Shown here piece after piece: positions 19,455 through 29,111 of a DNA stretch of 64,000 nt. The notes beneath the pieces are model-generated. The model had not been told where the DNA came from. It saw only the letters and a program-made list of their open reading frames with translations, and did no database searches. Made by a program: the position numbers and the translations under genes. Location of the stretch: NCBI GenBank assembly GCA_963590415.1, contig CAVAPB010000002.1, positions 23,665 to 87,664 on the forward strand, written 5' to 3'. The first letter of the stretch is position 1; every line of letters starts with the position of its first letter. This DNA comes from Anaerovoracaceae bacterium. GTDB taxonomy: Bacteria > Bacillota > Clostridia > Oscillospirales > Acutalibacteraceae.

Positions 19455-19932
19455 TTATTACATTCCACTCCTTTATCAGTTTTTCCATTGAAAACGCCGC
19501 ATTTGCAGGACTTGTCGACGGCAAGGCAATGATTTCAAAGCCCGTGCTTTTCTTTATGTATTTATTATAAAGCTTTTGAGCTGTTTTGCCGTTTGCGTAT
19601 ATGTGTTTTATACTTCCGACAGCTAAAATTTCGGACAAGTCGTTAGGCGTAACGCTTTTTATGGTGCTGTCGGCAGAGCCGGTTATCTCGCAGGATTTTA
19701 TAACATCCCAAAGCGCAATTCCGTTTTCAAGCAAAAAGCCTTTCTTTTCATCGACGGTGTTCGGAACGGGTCGGGAAAAGACGGATGCCGTTACTCTCCA
19801 GAACCTGTTTTGCGGATGTCCGTAATAGAAATTATTTTCCCTTGATTTTACCGACGGAAACGAGCCGAGCACAAGAATTTCCGAGTTCGAGTCAAAAACA
19901 GGCGCAAATGTATGCAACAAAAGCTCTCCCAT
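19429..19932 (-). CDS. DNA-deoxyinosine (hypoxanthine) glycosylase, UDG superfamily
   Basis: The LVLGSFPSVKSRENNFYYGHPQNRFW motif is typical of family-6 UDG/HDG. ATG 19932 is preceded by a GGGAG SD. The gene overlaps the tmcAL start by 26 nt. Confidence 0.75.
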   Translation of the reverse strand: MGELLLHTFAPVFDSNSEILVLGSFPSVKSRENNFYYGHPQNRFWRVTASVFSRPVPNTVDEKKGFLLENGIALWDVIKSCEITGSADSTIKSVTPNDLSEILAVGSIKHIYANGKTAQKLYNKYIKKSTGFEIIALPSTSPANAAFSMEKLIKEWNVINEHNRNCM

Positions 19933-19965
19933 TCCGTCATCTCCCGCCAAAATTTACTTTTCTTC

Positions 19966-19994
19966 TTGAAAAATGATATTGATAAGTATATAAT
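19966..19994 (+). promoter_or_regulatory. SigmaA-type promoter of ackA
   Basis: TTGAAA-17 nt-TATAAT lies 45 nt upstream of the ackA ATG. Confidence 0.6.
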
Positions 19995-20038
19995 ATTTAC
20001 GGAAAAATTTCAACCTGACATCTCAGAGGAGGAAAACA

Positions 20039-21241
20039 ATGAAAATTCTTGTTATTAACGCAGGAAGTTCGTCACTTAAATATCAGCTTATTGATATGGA
20101 AAACGAAACCCTGCTTGCAAAAGGCATCTGCGAACAGATAGGAGACAGCAACGCAACTTTTACGCATAAGGTTCCCGCAAGTCCCGAAAAGACCGTTAAG
20201 AGCGAACCGCATCTTATGGCTGACCACAGCGAGGCTATTCAGTTGGTTCTCAACACTCTTGTTGACCCCGAGCACGGAGTTATCAAGTCGATGGACGAAA
20301 TCGGTGCGGTAGGTCACAGAGTTCTCCACGGTGCGGAAAAGTTCTCTGCTTCCGTTCTTGTAACCGAAGAAATGAAAGAGACCGTAAAAGAATGCTTCAA
20401 GTTCGGTCCGCTTCATAACCCCGCAAACCTTAAAGGTATCGAGGCTTGTGAAAAGATTATGAATGTTCCGCAGGTTGCTGTATTTGACACGGGCTTCCAC
20501 CAGACAATGCCCGACTACGCATATATGTACGCTCTCCCCTATGAGCTTTACGAAAAGGACGGCATCAGAAAGTACGGCTTCCACGGCACATCGCACAGAT
20601 ATGTTTCGGGAAGATGCATTGAGCTCCTCGGCGGCAAGGCAGAGGGTACAAAAATAGTTACCTGCCATCTCGGAAACGGTTCTTCGATTTCTGCTGTCAA
20701 GGACGGCAAGTGCTTCGACACAACAATGGGTCTTACCCCTCTTGAGGGCATTATAATGGGAACACGCTGCGGTTCAATCGACCCCGCAATCATCCCCGTA
20801 ATTATGAAATCTCACAACCTTACACCCGATGAGGTTGATGTACTTATGAACAAGAAGAGCGGTATGCTCGGTATTGCCGGAACAAGCGATAACCGTATAA
20901 TTGAGCAGATGTCAAACGCAGGAAACAAAAGAGCGCAGCTCGTTGAAAATATGCTTTGCCATCAGCTTGCAAAATACATAGGCGGTTTCGCTGCGGCAAT
21001 GGGAGGCATTGACGCCGTTGTATTCACGGGCGGTATCGGCGAAAACAATCCTCATTACAGAACAAGAGTTGCGGAGAAAATTAAATTCCTCGGAACCGAA
21101 ATTAACGAAGAAACTAATGCTCTCCGAGGAGAAGAGGTTGAAATCTCCGTTCCGGGTTCAAAGGTTAAGATGTTTGTAATCCCGACAAACGAAGAACTTG
21201 TTATTGCAAGAGACACACTTGACATCGTAAGCAAGCTTTAA
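20039..21241 (+). CDS. ackA: Acetate kinase
   Basis: MKILVINAGSSSLKYQL, HRVLHGAE, FDTGFHQTMP and GFHGTSH motifs. Confidence 0.95.
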   Translation: MKILVINAGSSSLKYQLIDMENETLLAKGICEQIGDSNATFTHKVPASPEKTVKSEPHLMADHSEAIQLVLNTLVDPEHGVIKSMDEIGAVGHRVLHGAEKFSASVLVTEEMKETVKECFKFGPLHNPANLKGIEACEKIMNVPQVAVFDTGFHQTMPDYAYMYALPYELYEKDGIRKYGFHGTSHRYVSGRCIELLGGKAEGTKIVTCHLGNGSSISAVKDGKCFDTTMGLTPLEGIIMGTRCGSIDPAIIPVIMKSHNLTPDEVDVLMNKKSGMLGIAGTSDNRIIEQMSNAGNKRAQLVENMLCHQLAKYIGGFAAAMGGIDAVVFTGGIGENNPHYRTRVAEKIKFLGTEINEETNALRGEEVEISVPGSKVKMFVIPTNEELVIARDTLDIVSKL

Positions 21242-21258
21242 TACCAAGCAGCCAAAAG

Positions 21259-21286
21259 CACCCGTAGCACTACGGGTGTTTTTTTG
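21259..21286 (+). terminator. Intrinsic terminator after ackA
   Basis: CACCCGT-agcact-ACGGGTG followed by TTTTTTT. Confidence 0.7.
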
Positions 21287-21311
21287 AAATAATACGAAGG
21301 GAATGACGCTT

Positions 21312-21836
21312 ATGAAAGAAAACAGGAAGCTGCTCAAGGAAGTTCTTAAAGAAATACGCCGTGATATGACCGACGAAGAAGTTATCAATCTTCTTGCCGA
21401 CAGTAAAATTTCCGTTGACCCGAATAAGAAAAGGGAAAAATACACCCTCGGTCAGCGAGCTGCGGACGCAATCGCAAAATTTGCGGGCAGTTGGGCATTT
21501 ATTTTTTCATTTACGGGAGTGCTTGTGCTCTGGATGATAATAAACACCGTTCTCTCAGCAAAGGCGTTTGACCCCTACCCGTTCATTCTCCTGAACCTTG
21601 TTTTATCCTGTGTTGCGGCAATTCAGGCTCCGCTTATAATGATGAGCCAGAACAGACAGGAGGAAATCGACCGCCGCCGTGCCGAAAACGACTACAAGGT
21701 AAACCTCAAAACCGAAATTATGATCGAGGACATCTATGACAAGGTAAATGCCATTCTTGCAAAGCAAAAAGCAATTGAAAAGAAATTAGATATGCAAAAC
21801 GGCGAAAAGCCAAAACAGAACAAAGAGGTTAAATGA
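21312..21836 (+). CDS. DUF1003 membrane protein
   Basis: Two TM helices (WAFIFSFTGVLVLWMIIN, PFILLNLVLSCVAAIQAPLIMMSQNRQ) match the DUF1003 signature. ATG 21312 has better SD spacing than 21303. Confidence 0.75.
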   Translation: MKENRKLLKEVLKEIRRDMTDEEVINLLADSKISVDPNKKREKYTLGQRAADAIAKFAGSWAFIFSFTGVLVLWMIINTVLSAKAFDPYPFILLNLVLSCVAAIQAPLIMMSQNRQEEIDRRRAENDYKVNLKTEIMIEDIYDKVNAILAKQKAIEKKLDMQNGEKPKQNKEVK

Positions 21837-21837
21837 T

Positions 21838-21866
21838 TAAAGCCGCTCTTCGGAGCGGCTTTTTTA
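21838..21866. terminator. Bidirectional intrinsic terminator
   Basis: AAAGCCGCTC-ttcg-GAGCGGCTTTTTT between convergent genes. Confidence 0.75.
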
Positions 21867-21873
21867 TAACGGA

Positions 21874-24800
21874 TTATCTGATTTTAACCGTTACAATCTC
21901 AAACGGCTTTAAGGTCAGCGGAATTGAATTTTCCTTTGCGGAAATAACCTTCAAATCGTTTTCAAGCATATCGCAGAGCGTTACCGACTTAAAATCAAAG
22001 CCTGTTTTGAGCACCGTATTTGTGCGCTTGTTGAAGCTTTCATACATTCTTACGATGATGCCGTCACCGTCCTCGGCTTTCTTAACGGTCTCTATGACGA
22101 TATTTTCATCACGGACGCTGACAAATGAATAGCTGTCGCCGAGCTTGCCCGAATGTTTTCCGACAGTTATTGCGGCCATCGGGTTGTTGAGGTCATAAGC
22201 CTGCTTTATCGTACCTGCTTCACGGTAATCCCCTGCGTGCGGATAGAGCGAATATGTAAAGAAATGCTCGCACTTATCTGCCGTGGGGTCGGGATATGTT
22301 CCGCTCTTTAACAATGTGAGCGACATTACGCCGTCGTGAATTGCGTGACCGTATTTGCAGTCGTTTATAAGGCTGACGCCATAGCTGTATTCGGAAATAT
22401 CGGCATATTTGTGCGCACAAACCTCAAAGCGTGCACTGTCCCAGCTTGTGTTGTAATGCGTGGGTCTCTCAACCGAACCGAACTGAATGTCGTATGTTGC
22501 CTTATCGGTGTTTACATCAACGGGGAAAGCAGCTTTAAGAAGAATATGCGACTCCTTCCAATCAATATAAGTCTCAAAGTCAATGCGGTCAACATCGTCA
22601 TAAAGCCAGATTTTCTGCTTAACGGTGCTGTTTAAGAACACCTTTTCAATTTCAAAACCTGCTCTCTCACCGTCCTCAATAGGCTTTACAGACTTAACAT
22701 CGTTTACTTCCCATGATTTATCTGTATAGTAATTGCTGATTTCCCAGTTATCATAGTCTCTGGGTAAATCCTCATAAGCAGTAATGATATTTCCCCTTGC
22801 GTTCTTTTTGAGCACATCACGCATATTGCGCTTGTCATAAATCTCGGAAAGTGTGCCGTTTTCGTCAACAGTCAGGCGGAAAAAGTCATTTTCAACGCAG
22901 TTGTCGCAAACTTTTACTTTACCCTTTTTCTCGGGCATTGAAATAACCTTGTAACCTTTGGCGGGAATGTCGCGAACACAATATGTAACGCCGTCGATTT
23001 TAACTGCGCCGTCGCCCTTAAACGAATTTGGGTTGAAAACAAGAACTCCGCCGTCCGTATCAATGTTCTGTGCAATGTCGCTGCAAGCCTTTGACACAAC
23101 TTCCCTGCCTGCAAGCTTGAGCTGTTCGTACTGCTTTGAAGAAACCTCGTAAACCTCTTTTATAGAGGAGCCGGGAATTATATCGTGGAACTGATTGAGA
23201 AGTATTGTTTCCCAACCGTCGTGAAGAGTCTTTTCGGGATATTTGGCACCGTTGAGCTTTTCGTTCATAACGGCAAGCGTTTCCGCCTTTTCATAGAGAA
23301 ATTCACACTTACGGTTATTACGCTTGTTTTTAGCCTGCGAGGTATATGTTCCTCTGTGGTATTCAAGATAAAGCTCGCCCTGCCATGTAGGCGTTTTCGG
23401 GTTATCCTCCGCTCTCTTTTTAACCCTGTCAAGCATTGATCCCGCATATTCCATCTTCGCCTTGGGAACGCCCGAAAGACCTTTTTTAAGAACATCGTAA
23501 TATTCAAGGTCCTTTCTTACGGGTCCGCCACCGCCGTCTCCGAAGCCGAAGGTTATCATAATGTCATTGTTTATGTCCTTTTGCTGATAGCGGTCATATC
23601 CACCCTGAAGCTGGCTTGGGTTGAGCTTTGCGTTATATGTGCAGTTTGTGGCGGTCGGAACTCCTCTGTGCTTGTCCTGTGCCGTCATAAAATAGGAAAA
23701 TATGTCCGTGCCATCTATGCCTCTCCACCAAAATGTATCGTAAGGCATACGGTTAGTTTCATTCCAACCGATTTTTGAGGTAACAAACTTGTCAACGCCG
23801 CTCTTCATAAGGATTTGCGGTAACGCCGCAGAATATCCGAACACATCGGGAAGCCACAGCACTTTTGAGTCAACGCCGAATTCTTCTTTGAAGAAATTCT
23901 TGCCGTAAAGGACCTGCCTTACAAGGCTTTCTCCGGAACAAAGATTGCAATCGGCTTCGACCCACATTGCACCCTCAACTTCCCAACGGCCCGCCTTGAC
24001 CATTTCCTTTACCTCGGCATACAGCTCGGGACACTCCTCTTTGAGATATTTATAAAGCTGAGCCTGGCTCGACATAAATTTATATTCGGGGTACTTCTTC
24101 ATAAGCGCAAGAACGGTTGAAAAAGAACGCTGAACCTTTTCCCGTGTCTGCGCAAGAGTCCAAAGCCACGCAACATCAATATGTGTGTGACCGATACAGA
24201 TTGCGTTTACATCCTCGGGCGTGCACTTTTTGAAAAATTCCCCGTCAAGGTATTTTTGTGCCGCCTTGACGGAATTATTGAATTCGGCACTGCCGGGTAC
24301 ACGCAAATCAAGAAGATTTACCGCATTGAGTATGTGGTTTTCGATATCAATATATGTCTTTTCGTCGGGATTGAGATATTCGGTAACCTCAAACGGAACT
24401 TTAAGGCTGTAATAAAGCTTTCTCGCCTCTTCGTTATATACAACAAGCTTTGCATCAAAATCAAGCCAACCGTCGCCGTTCATTCCGGTATAAGCATATA
24501 TGTAAAGCTCATAGCTTTCCTCGGCATTGTCAAGGAAAACCTCTCTGTGGTTCATATCTAGTCCCTGTACAAGCACGCCGTTGAGATAAACTATAAACTG
24601 CGGATTTATTGCATCCCAGCTCTGCTTATAAGCGTCGGTCGAAATGACAAGCTCAACGTTTTTGCCTCTGTACTGCTCGGGAATTGCAAGCTTTTTATAA
24701 AACCATGCGTGCTCGTCCTGCTTACCGCCCCAACGCTCGTTCTTGCCGAACTCACGGAAACTGTCGTCAATCTCGGGCAAGGTGTTGTCCGACTTGTAGC

Positions 24801-24906
24801 CGCATTCCTTATAAAGGAAACCGTCAATATGGGTTTCCGATACCGTCATATATTGCTCAAAAGTGTCAAAAAACACTCTCATTCTGTCCTCGTAAAAATC
24901 TGTCAT
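21874..24906 (-). CDS. GH38 alpha-mannosidase (cytoplasmic type)
   Basis: 1010 aa with GHTHIDVAWLW, LPDVFGYS and NQFHDIIPGSSI motifs of GH38. No signal peptide is present. Confidence 0.9.
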   Translation of the reverse strand: MTDFYEDRMRVFFDTFEQYMTVSETHIDGFLYKECGYKSDNTLPEIDDSFREFGKNERWGGKQDEHAWFYKKLAIPEQYRGKNVELVISTDAYKQSWDAINPQFIVYLNGVLVQGLDMNHREVFLDNAEESYELYIYAYTGMNGDGWLDFDAKLVVYNEEARKLYYSLKVPFEVTEYLNPDEKTYIDIENHILNAVNLLDLRVPGSAEFNNSVKAAQKYLDGEFFKKCTPEDVNAICIGHTHIDVAWLWTLAQTREKVQRSFSTVLALMKKYPEYKFMSSQAQLYKYLKEECPELYAEVKEMVKAGRWEVEGAMWVEADCNLCSGESLVRQVLYGKNFFKEEFGVDSKVLWLPDVFGYSAALPQILMKSGVDKFVTSKIGWNETNRMPYDTFWWRGIDGTDIFSYFMTAQDKHRGVPTATNCTYNAKLNPSQLQGGYDRYQQKDINNDIMITFGFGDGGGGPVRKDLEYYDVLKKGLSGVPKAKMEYAGSMLDRVKKRAEDNPKTPTWQGELYLEYHRGTYTSQAKNKRNNRKCEFLYEKAETLAVMNEKLNGAKYPEKTLHDGWETILLNQFHDIIPGSSIKEVYEVSSKQYEQLKLAGREVVSKACSDIAQNIDTDGGVLVFNPNSFKGDGAVKIDGVTYCVRDIPAKGYKVISMPEKKGKVKVCDNCVENDFFRLTVDENGTLSEIYDKRNMRDVLKKNARGNIITAYEDLPRDYDNWEISNYYTDKSWEVNDVKSVKPIEDGERAGFEIEKVFLNSTVKQKIWLYDDVDRIDFETYIDWKESHILLKAAFPVDVNTDKATYDIQFGSVERPTHYNTSWDSARFEVCAHKYADISEYSYGVSLINDCKYGHAIHDGVMSLTLLKSGTYPDPTADKCEHFFTYSLYPHAGDYREAGTIKQAYDLNNPMAAITVGKHSGKLGDSYSFVSVRDENIVIETVKKAEDGDGIIVRMYESFNKRTNTVLKTGFDFKSVTLCDMLENDLKVISAKENSIPLTLKPFEIVTVKIR

Positions 24907-24908
24907 AA

Positions 24909-26162
24909 CTACCTCTCATCCTTAAATATATCCGAAATAAGATAGAAAGAGCCGCACACAAGCACAAACGGCGAACTTTCCACTGCTATATGATAAGCGA
25001 TTTTCGGGTCAATTTCAACATCTATTTTATCAATATATTTTTTAGAATAATCACAAAGCCGCTCAGGCTCTTCGGAACGGGGGTTGTCGGGCTTGGTAAA
25101 AATGACCCTCTTGCAGTGCGGCAGGACATTTGACAGGTACTTTTCGCAGTCTTTATCAGCCATCATACCGATTACCGCCGTAATTTCCCTGTCGGAAAAT
25201 TCATTTTCAAGCACCGCCGACAGCGCCTTTGAACACTCCTCATTATGCCCGCCGTCAATGAGGACATTATCGCTTATCAGTTCCATTCTGCCGTGCATAA
25301 CGGTATTTTTAAGAGAAAATACAATATCCTTTTCCCCTACTCCGTCAATAAGCCTTGCCGCCTCGACAACACCTATTGCGTTTTCCACTTGATGCCTGCC
25401 GTCAAGCGATATAAAATACTCATTACCCTTATAAACGAAATCCGTGCCGTCTTTGCTTTTGGAAATTATGCTTGCCTCTCCGAAATCGGCTATAATCAAC
25501 CTTGCATTCTTTTCCTTTGCCTTTTTTTCAATTACCATCAACGCTTCCTCATCCTGTAGTGTGGTCGTAACGACCGTAGAATTTTCCTTTATAATTCCGC
25601 ACTTTTCAAAAGCGATTTTTTCCACTGTATCGCCCAATATTTTCGTATGGTCTTTTGAAATTGAAGTAATTACGGCAACCTCGGGACATTTAATTACATT
25701 TGTGGCGTCGAATCTGCCGCCCAAGCCGACTTCCATAACGGCATAGTCGCACTTTTGCTCATAAAAATACAGCAAAGCGGCGGCTGTGATTGCCTCAAAC
25801 TCGGTAATTATAATTCCTTTTTCGTGTAATTCGTCAATAACAGGTTTAATTCTCGAAACAATATCTGCCAAATCGGATTTTGGGATATTTTCGCCGTCAA
25901 TTTTAATTCTCTCGCAAAAGTCAAAGACATACGGAGATGTAAAAAGTCCCGTCTTATATCCTGCGCTTATCAAAGCGTTTGAAAGCATAGTCGAGGTCGA
26001 GCCTTTTCCGTTTGTGCCCGCAACATGAAGGAACTTAATTTTATCCTGCGGATTCCCGAGCCTTTCAAGCAAAATATTTATTCTTTCAAGCCCCGGCTTT
26101 ATGCCGAAAACCAAAAGCGAATGTATGTAGGCGACAGCCTGTTCGTAAGTCAATAAAATCAT
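24909..26162 (-). CDS. folC: Folylpolyglutamate synthase / dihydrofolate synthase
   Basis: HVAGTNGKGST P-loop and Mur-ligase fold. The start is uncertain (ORF opens at 26192; ATG 26162 or a nearby TTG). The stop lies 2 nt before the mannosidase start. Confidence 0.88.
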   Translation of the reverse strand: MILLTYEQAVAYIHSLLVFGIKPGLERINILLERLGNPQDKIKFLHVAGTNGKGSTSTMLSNALISAGYKTGLFTSPYVFDFCERIKIDGENIPKSDLADIVSRIKPVIDELHEKGIIITEFEAITAAALLYFYEQKCDYAVMEVGLGGRFDATNVIKCPEVAVITSISKDHTKILGDTVEKIAFEKCGIIKENSTVVTTTLQDEEALMVIEKKAKEKNARLIIADFGEASIISKSKDGTDFVYKGNEYFISLDGRHQVENAIGVVEAARLIDGVGEKDIVFSLKNTVMHGRMELISDNVLIDGGHNEECSKALSAVLENEFSDREITAVIGMMADKDCEKYLSNVLPHCKRVIFTKPDNPRSEEPERLCDYSKKYIDKIDVEIDPKIAYHIAVESSPFVLVCGSFYLISDIFKDER

Positions 26163-26268
26163 CTCCGCAAAAAGTATAGCACACGCAGGCATAATTATAA
26201 AGATTTTTATTTACAAGAACCGCCAAAAGGTGTAAACTGAAATAAATAAATTTGCGGAGGATAAGTTT

Positions 26269-27699
26269 ATGGAAGAAAGAAAACTCACAGGAAAGCGTAA
26301 GCTCGGATATTGTTCGGGCATCATTACGGAATCATTACTTTATAATATGTTCTGTACATATTATCTTGTTTTCCTGACCGATATTATCCATATGAAGCCC
26401 GTGCTTGCAGGTACGGTAAGCTTTATTTCAATTTGTTGGGACGCAATAACCGACCCGATTATCGGTGCTTACGCCGACCAAAACGGTGCGGATAAAAGGA
26501 AATATATGGCAAAATCCCTGTTTCCGCTTATACTCCTGTTTATTGCCTCATTCTTCAACATCGGCACGGATAACAGCGTAATTCAGTTTATTTACTACAC
26601 GGCGATAGCTATGCTCTTCTGGCTCGCTTACACGGTATATACAATCCCCTATTACGCAATCGTTGCGGAAATCACGCAGGATTACGACGAAAGAACCGAT
26701 ATTCGAAGCACAAGCTCGCTTATCAACACGGCGGCGATTTTCCTCGGAAACGCTTTACCGGCCGTTGTTCCGTCGCTTTTCGCAGGCGTTGTGATTTCGG
26801 GCAAGCATGTCGGCGAGTCGCTCGGTTGGGAAATCACTGCGATTATAATGTGCGTGCTTTCACTCACATTCGGTCTTTGTGCGGTCAAGTCCCTTAAAGG
26901 CATTAAGCTTATTAAAGCCGAAGCCGAAAATGTTACAGGCGAAAGGAAAAAAGTCAAGGCAATTTTCTCCGAAATGCTTGAAGTGCTTAAAATCAAGCCC
27001 TTCAAATGGTTTGCAATGTTCATTATCTTCTTCCTTATCGCTTCGTCAATGATTCAGTCGTCATTCGAATATATGATTAAGGACTGCGTCGGCGCAGACC
27101 CCGAGTTCTATATGGTTGTCGTTATAGTCGAATTGGTTGTCGTTATGGCGGCGTTTATCCCGATAGTTACGAAGGTTGCTGAGAAAAAGGACAGAAGATT
27201 TTCAAGCCTTGTGTTTATGTCGATTATGTGTGTCGGACTTATATGCTGTAAAATCGCAGGAGTTAAGTCAATCCCCGTTGTTCTTTGCGTAACATTCTTT
27301 ATGGCAGTCGGTATGGCTAACTTCTGGACAGTATTTTACTCAATCGCATATGACCTTGTCGAGGTTGATGAGTTTGCATACGGCACACGCCGTGAGAGCG
27401 TTATCACCGCACTTCCGCAGTTCTTCCAGAAGTTCGGTTCTGCAATCGGCGTATGGACCGTCGGCTTTGTGCTTCAGCTTGCAGGCTATGACAAGACAAA
27501 CTCCGTTCAGCCCGCAACAGTCGCAAATGGAATTGAAAACAATGTAACAATCATTCCCGCCGCATTCCTTGTGCTGTCGATTATCGGCATTTATCTTTAT
27601 CCTGTAACACGAGAGAAGTTTGCAAAGCTTAAAGAAGAGCTTGAAAAGAAAAAATCAGGTAAAGAATATTCGACCGACGGACTTAAAAAGCTTGTATAA
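26269..27699 (+). CDS. Glycoside-pentoside-hexuronide (GPH) family sugar:cation symporter (MFS)
   Basis: 476 aa with 12 TM helices, a DAITDPIIGAYAD motif, and a GGAGG SD. Confidence 0.85.
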   Translation: MEERKLTGKRKLGYCSGIITESLLYNMFCTYYLVFLTDIIHMKPVLAGTVSFISICWDAITDPIIGAYADQNGADKRKYMAKSLFPLILLFIASFFNIGTDNSVIQFIYYTAIAMLFWLAYTVYTIPYYAIVAEITQDYDERTDIRSTSSLINTAAIFLGNALPAVVPSLFAGVVISGKHVGESLGWEITAIIMCVLSLTFGLCAVKSLKGIKLIKAEAENVTGERKKVKAIFSEMLEVLKIKPFKWFAMFIIFFLIASSMIQSSFEYMIKDCVGADPEFYMVVVIVELVVVMAAFIPIVTKVAEKKDRRFSSLVFMSIMCVGLICCKIAGVKSIPVVLCVTFFMAVGMANFWTVFYSIAYDLVEVDEFAYGTRRESVITALPQFFQKFGSAIGVWTVGFVLQLAGYDKTNSVQPATVANGIENNVTIIPAAFLVLSIIGIYLYPVTREKFAKLKEELEKKKSGKEYSTDGLKKLV

Positions 27700-27767
27700 C
27701 GGAAAATATAGCAAGCGCAATCCCCGTTTTCGGTCTGCCTTTACAATTTGATATTGAGTTGCTTTTT

Positions 27768-27800
27768 ACAAGCAGTCCGCTCGCTGGGCTGCTTGTTTTT
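27768..27800 (+). terminator. Intrinsic terminator after GPH transporter
   Basis: ACAAGCAGTCC-gctcgct-GGGCTGCTTGT followed by TTTT. Confidence 0.75.
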
Positions 27801-27889
27801 CGTTACAAAATAAATAGGCTTGCATATCTGATACGCACCCGAAAATTTCAGGTGCGCATCATTCTGCAAGCCATTTGTGAATTATTCTG

Positions 27890-28411
27890 TTACACCTTGA
27901 TAATATAATTATCTTTTCTGTCAGCCGCTTTTCCTACAGGAGCCGATGAATATCCGAGTGCAATACTTCCGACGCCTCGTAAGGTTTCGGGAAGCTTCCA
28001 TTCGGCAAGTAATTTTTTACCTTTTTCACTGTCGAATATCTCTCTTTCTCTGTGTACCCAAACCGAACCGAGACCCAGCGATGCGGCGGCAAGCATCATA
28101 TTTTCAAGCACGCAGCTGCCGTCTTCAACAAAGGTATTTGCATTTCCGTCGGCAAGCACAAGTATGATAACGGGCGCTCCGTAATATGGGTCTTTATCGC
28201 TTCCCATAATCTCGGCATTGAGTTCGGAAATCCGCTTACGGTATTCTGCGGATTTAACAGCAATAACCGTCGGGGATTGACGACCGCCTCCCGTCGGCGC
28301 ATATGTTCCCGCTTCAAGAATTGCATCGAGCGCTTCTTCGGGAACGGCGTCTGTTTTGTATGCACGGACGCTTCTGCGTGATTTAACGGTTTTCAATACT
28401 TCGTTTTCCAT
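27890..28411 (-). CDS. Nitroreductase family protein
   Basis: 173 aa with RRSVRAY near the N-terminus and a compact FMN nitroreductase layout. Confidence 0.85.
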   Translation of the reverse strand: MENEVLKTVKSRRSVRAYKTDAVPEEALDAILEAGTYAPTGGGRQSPTVIAVKSAEYRKRISELNAEIMGSDKDPYYGAPVIILVLADGNANTFVEDGSCVLENMMLAAASLGLGSVWVHREREIFDSEKGKKLLAEWKLPETLRGVGSIALGYSSAPVGKAADRKDNYIIKV

Positions 28412-28431
28412 TTTTATTTCTCCTGATATAA

Positions 28432-29109
28432 TTATAAAATTTTTTTGCGCTTTTTTCTTATAGAAACGGGAATTTCATTCTTTTCATAAGCTTCCCACAC
28501 ATTTATTCTGTCGTCTTCATCTATTTGGCGAATAACCTTTGCAGGTACACCTGCCGCAATGCTGTTTGGAGGAACATCGCGGGTTACAACCGCTCCTGCG
28601 GCAACAATACTGTTCTCTCCTATCGTTACTCCGCCGCAAATTGTCGCACCCGAGCATATCCAACAGTTATCCTTTATGGTTATGGGCTCCGAATATTCAA
28701 GGTCGTGATTACCGTCGGGATAATCGGCAGGCAAACGCTCCTCGGCGATAAAAGGGTGATTCGGCGTTGCAAGCGTAACATTCGCACCGATCCAGACGCC
28801 ATTACCGAGCGTTATGGGCGAAACATCAAGAAATGTACAGCAATAGTTGATAAAGCAACCCTTTCCTACATGTATATTAACGCCGTATTCGCAATAAAAC
28901 GGAGCAAAAACCGCAAGGTCATTCCCCTTTGCCGACGGAATAAGCCTTTTGAGCGCACGCTGCTTTGTTAAAATTCTCCACAGGGCGATTTTATTAAAGC
29001 GCTCGCACCTTATAAGTCCGAGGGCATGTTGCTTGAAAAGATCCTTACTTGAAGAATTATAAAGCTTTCCGGCAACCATTCTGTCCCACTCGTTGATATT
29101 GTTGTACAT
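28432..29109 (-). CDS. Sugar (maltose/galactoside-type) O-acetyltransferase, left-handed beta-helix
   Basis: An N-terminal Mac domain (EWDRMVAGKLYN) and hexapeptide repeats (IGENSIVAAGAVVTRDVPPNSIAAGVPAKVIR). Confidence 0.85.
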   Translation of the reverse strand: MYNNINEWDRMVAGKLYNSSSKDLFKQHALGLIRCERFNKIALWRILTKQRALKRLIPSAKGNDLAVFAPFYCEYGVNIHVGKGCFINYCCTFLDVSPITLGNGVWIGANVTLATPNHPFIAEERLPADYPDGNHDLEYSEPITIKDNCWICSGATICGGVTIGENSIVAAGAVVTRDVPPNSIAAGVPAKVIRQIDEDDRINVWEAYEKNEIPVSIRKKRKKIL

Positions 29110-29111
29110 TT

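Noticed and set aside
20072-20668. Long antisense ORFs. Examples: 198 aa opposite ackA; 59604..60188 opposite carB; 62810..63430 opposite the epimerase gene; 14668..15216 opposite plsC/ispH; 53620..54093 opposite glnN; 57834..58286 opposite pyrG; 5980..6453 opposite the XRE-AbrB gene; 40507..40965 opposite the AT-rich gene.
   Set aside because: Each lies fully within a strongly supported gene on the other strand. Their compositions are low-complexity or Arg/Ser/Cys-rich, typical of shadow frames. None has a convincing SD or a recognisable motif.
27820-27870. Inverted repeat GATACGCACCCGAAAATTTCAGGTGCGCATC downstream of the nitroreductase gene, as a possible regulatory RNA
   Set aside because: It sits in a convergent intergenic region after the nitroreductase stop. 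It is most simply that gene's weak terminator or RNA-stabilising hairpin, and nothing else distinguishes it.
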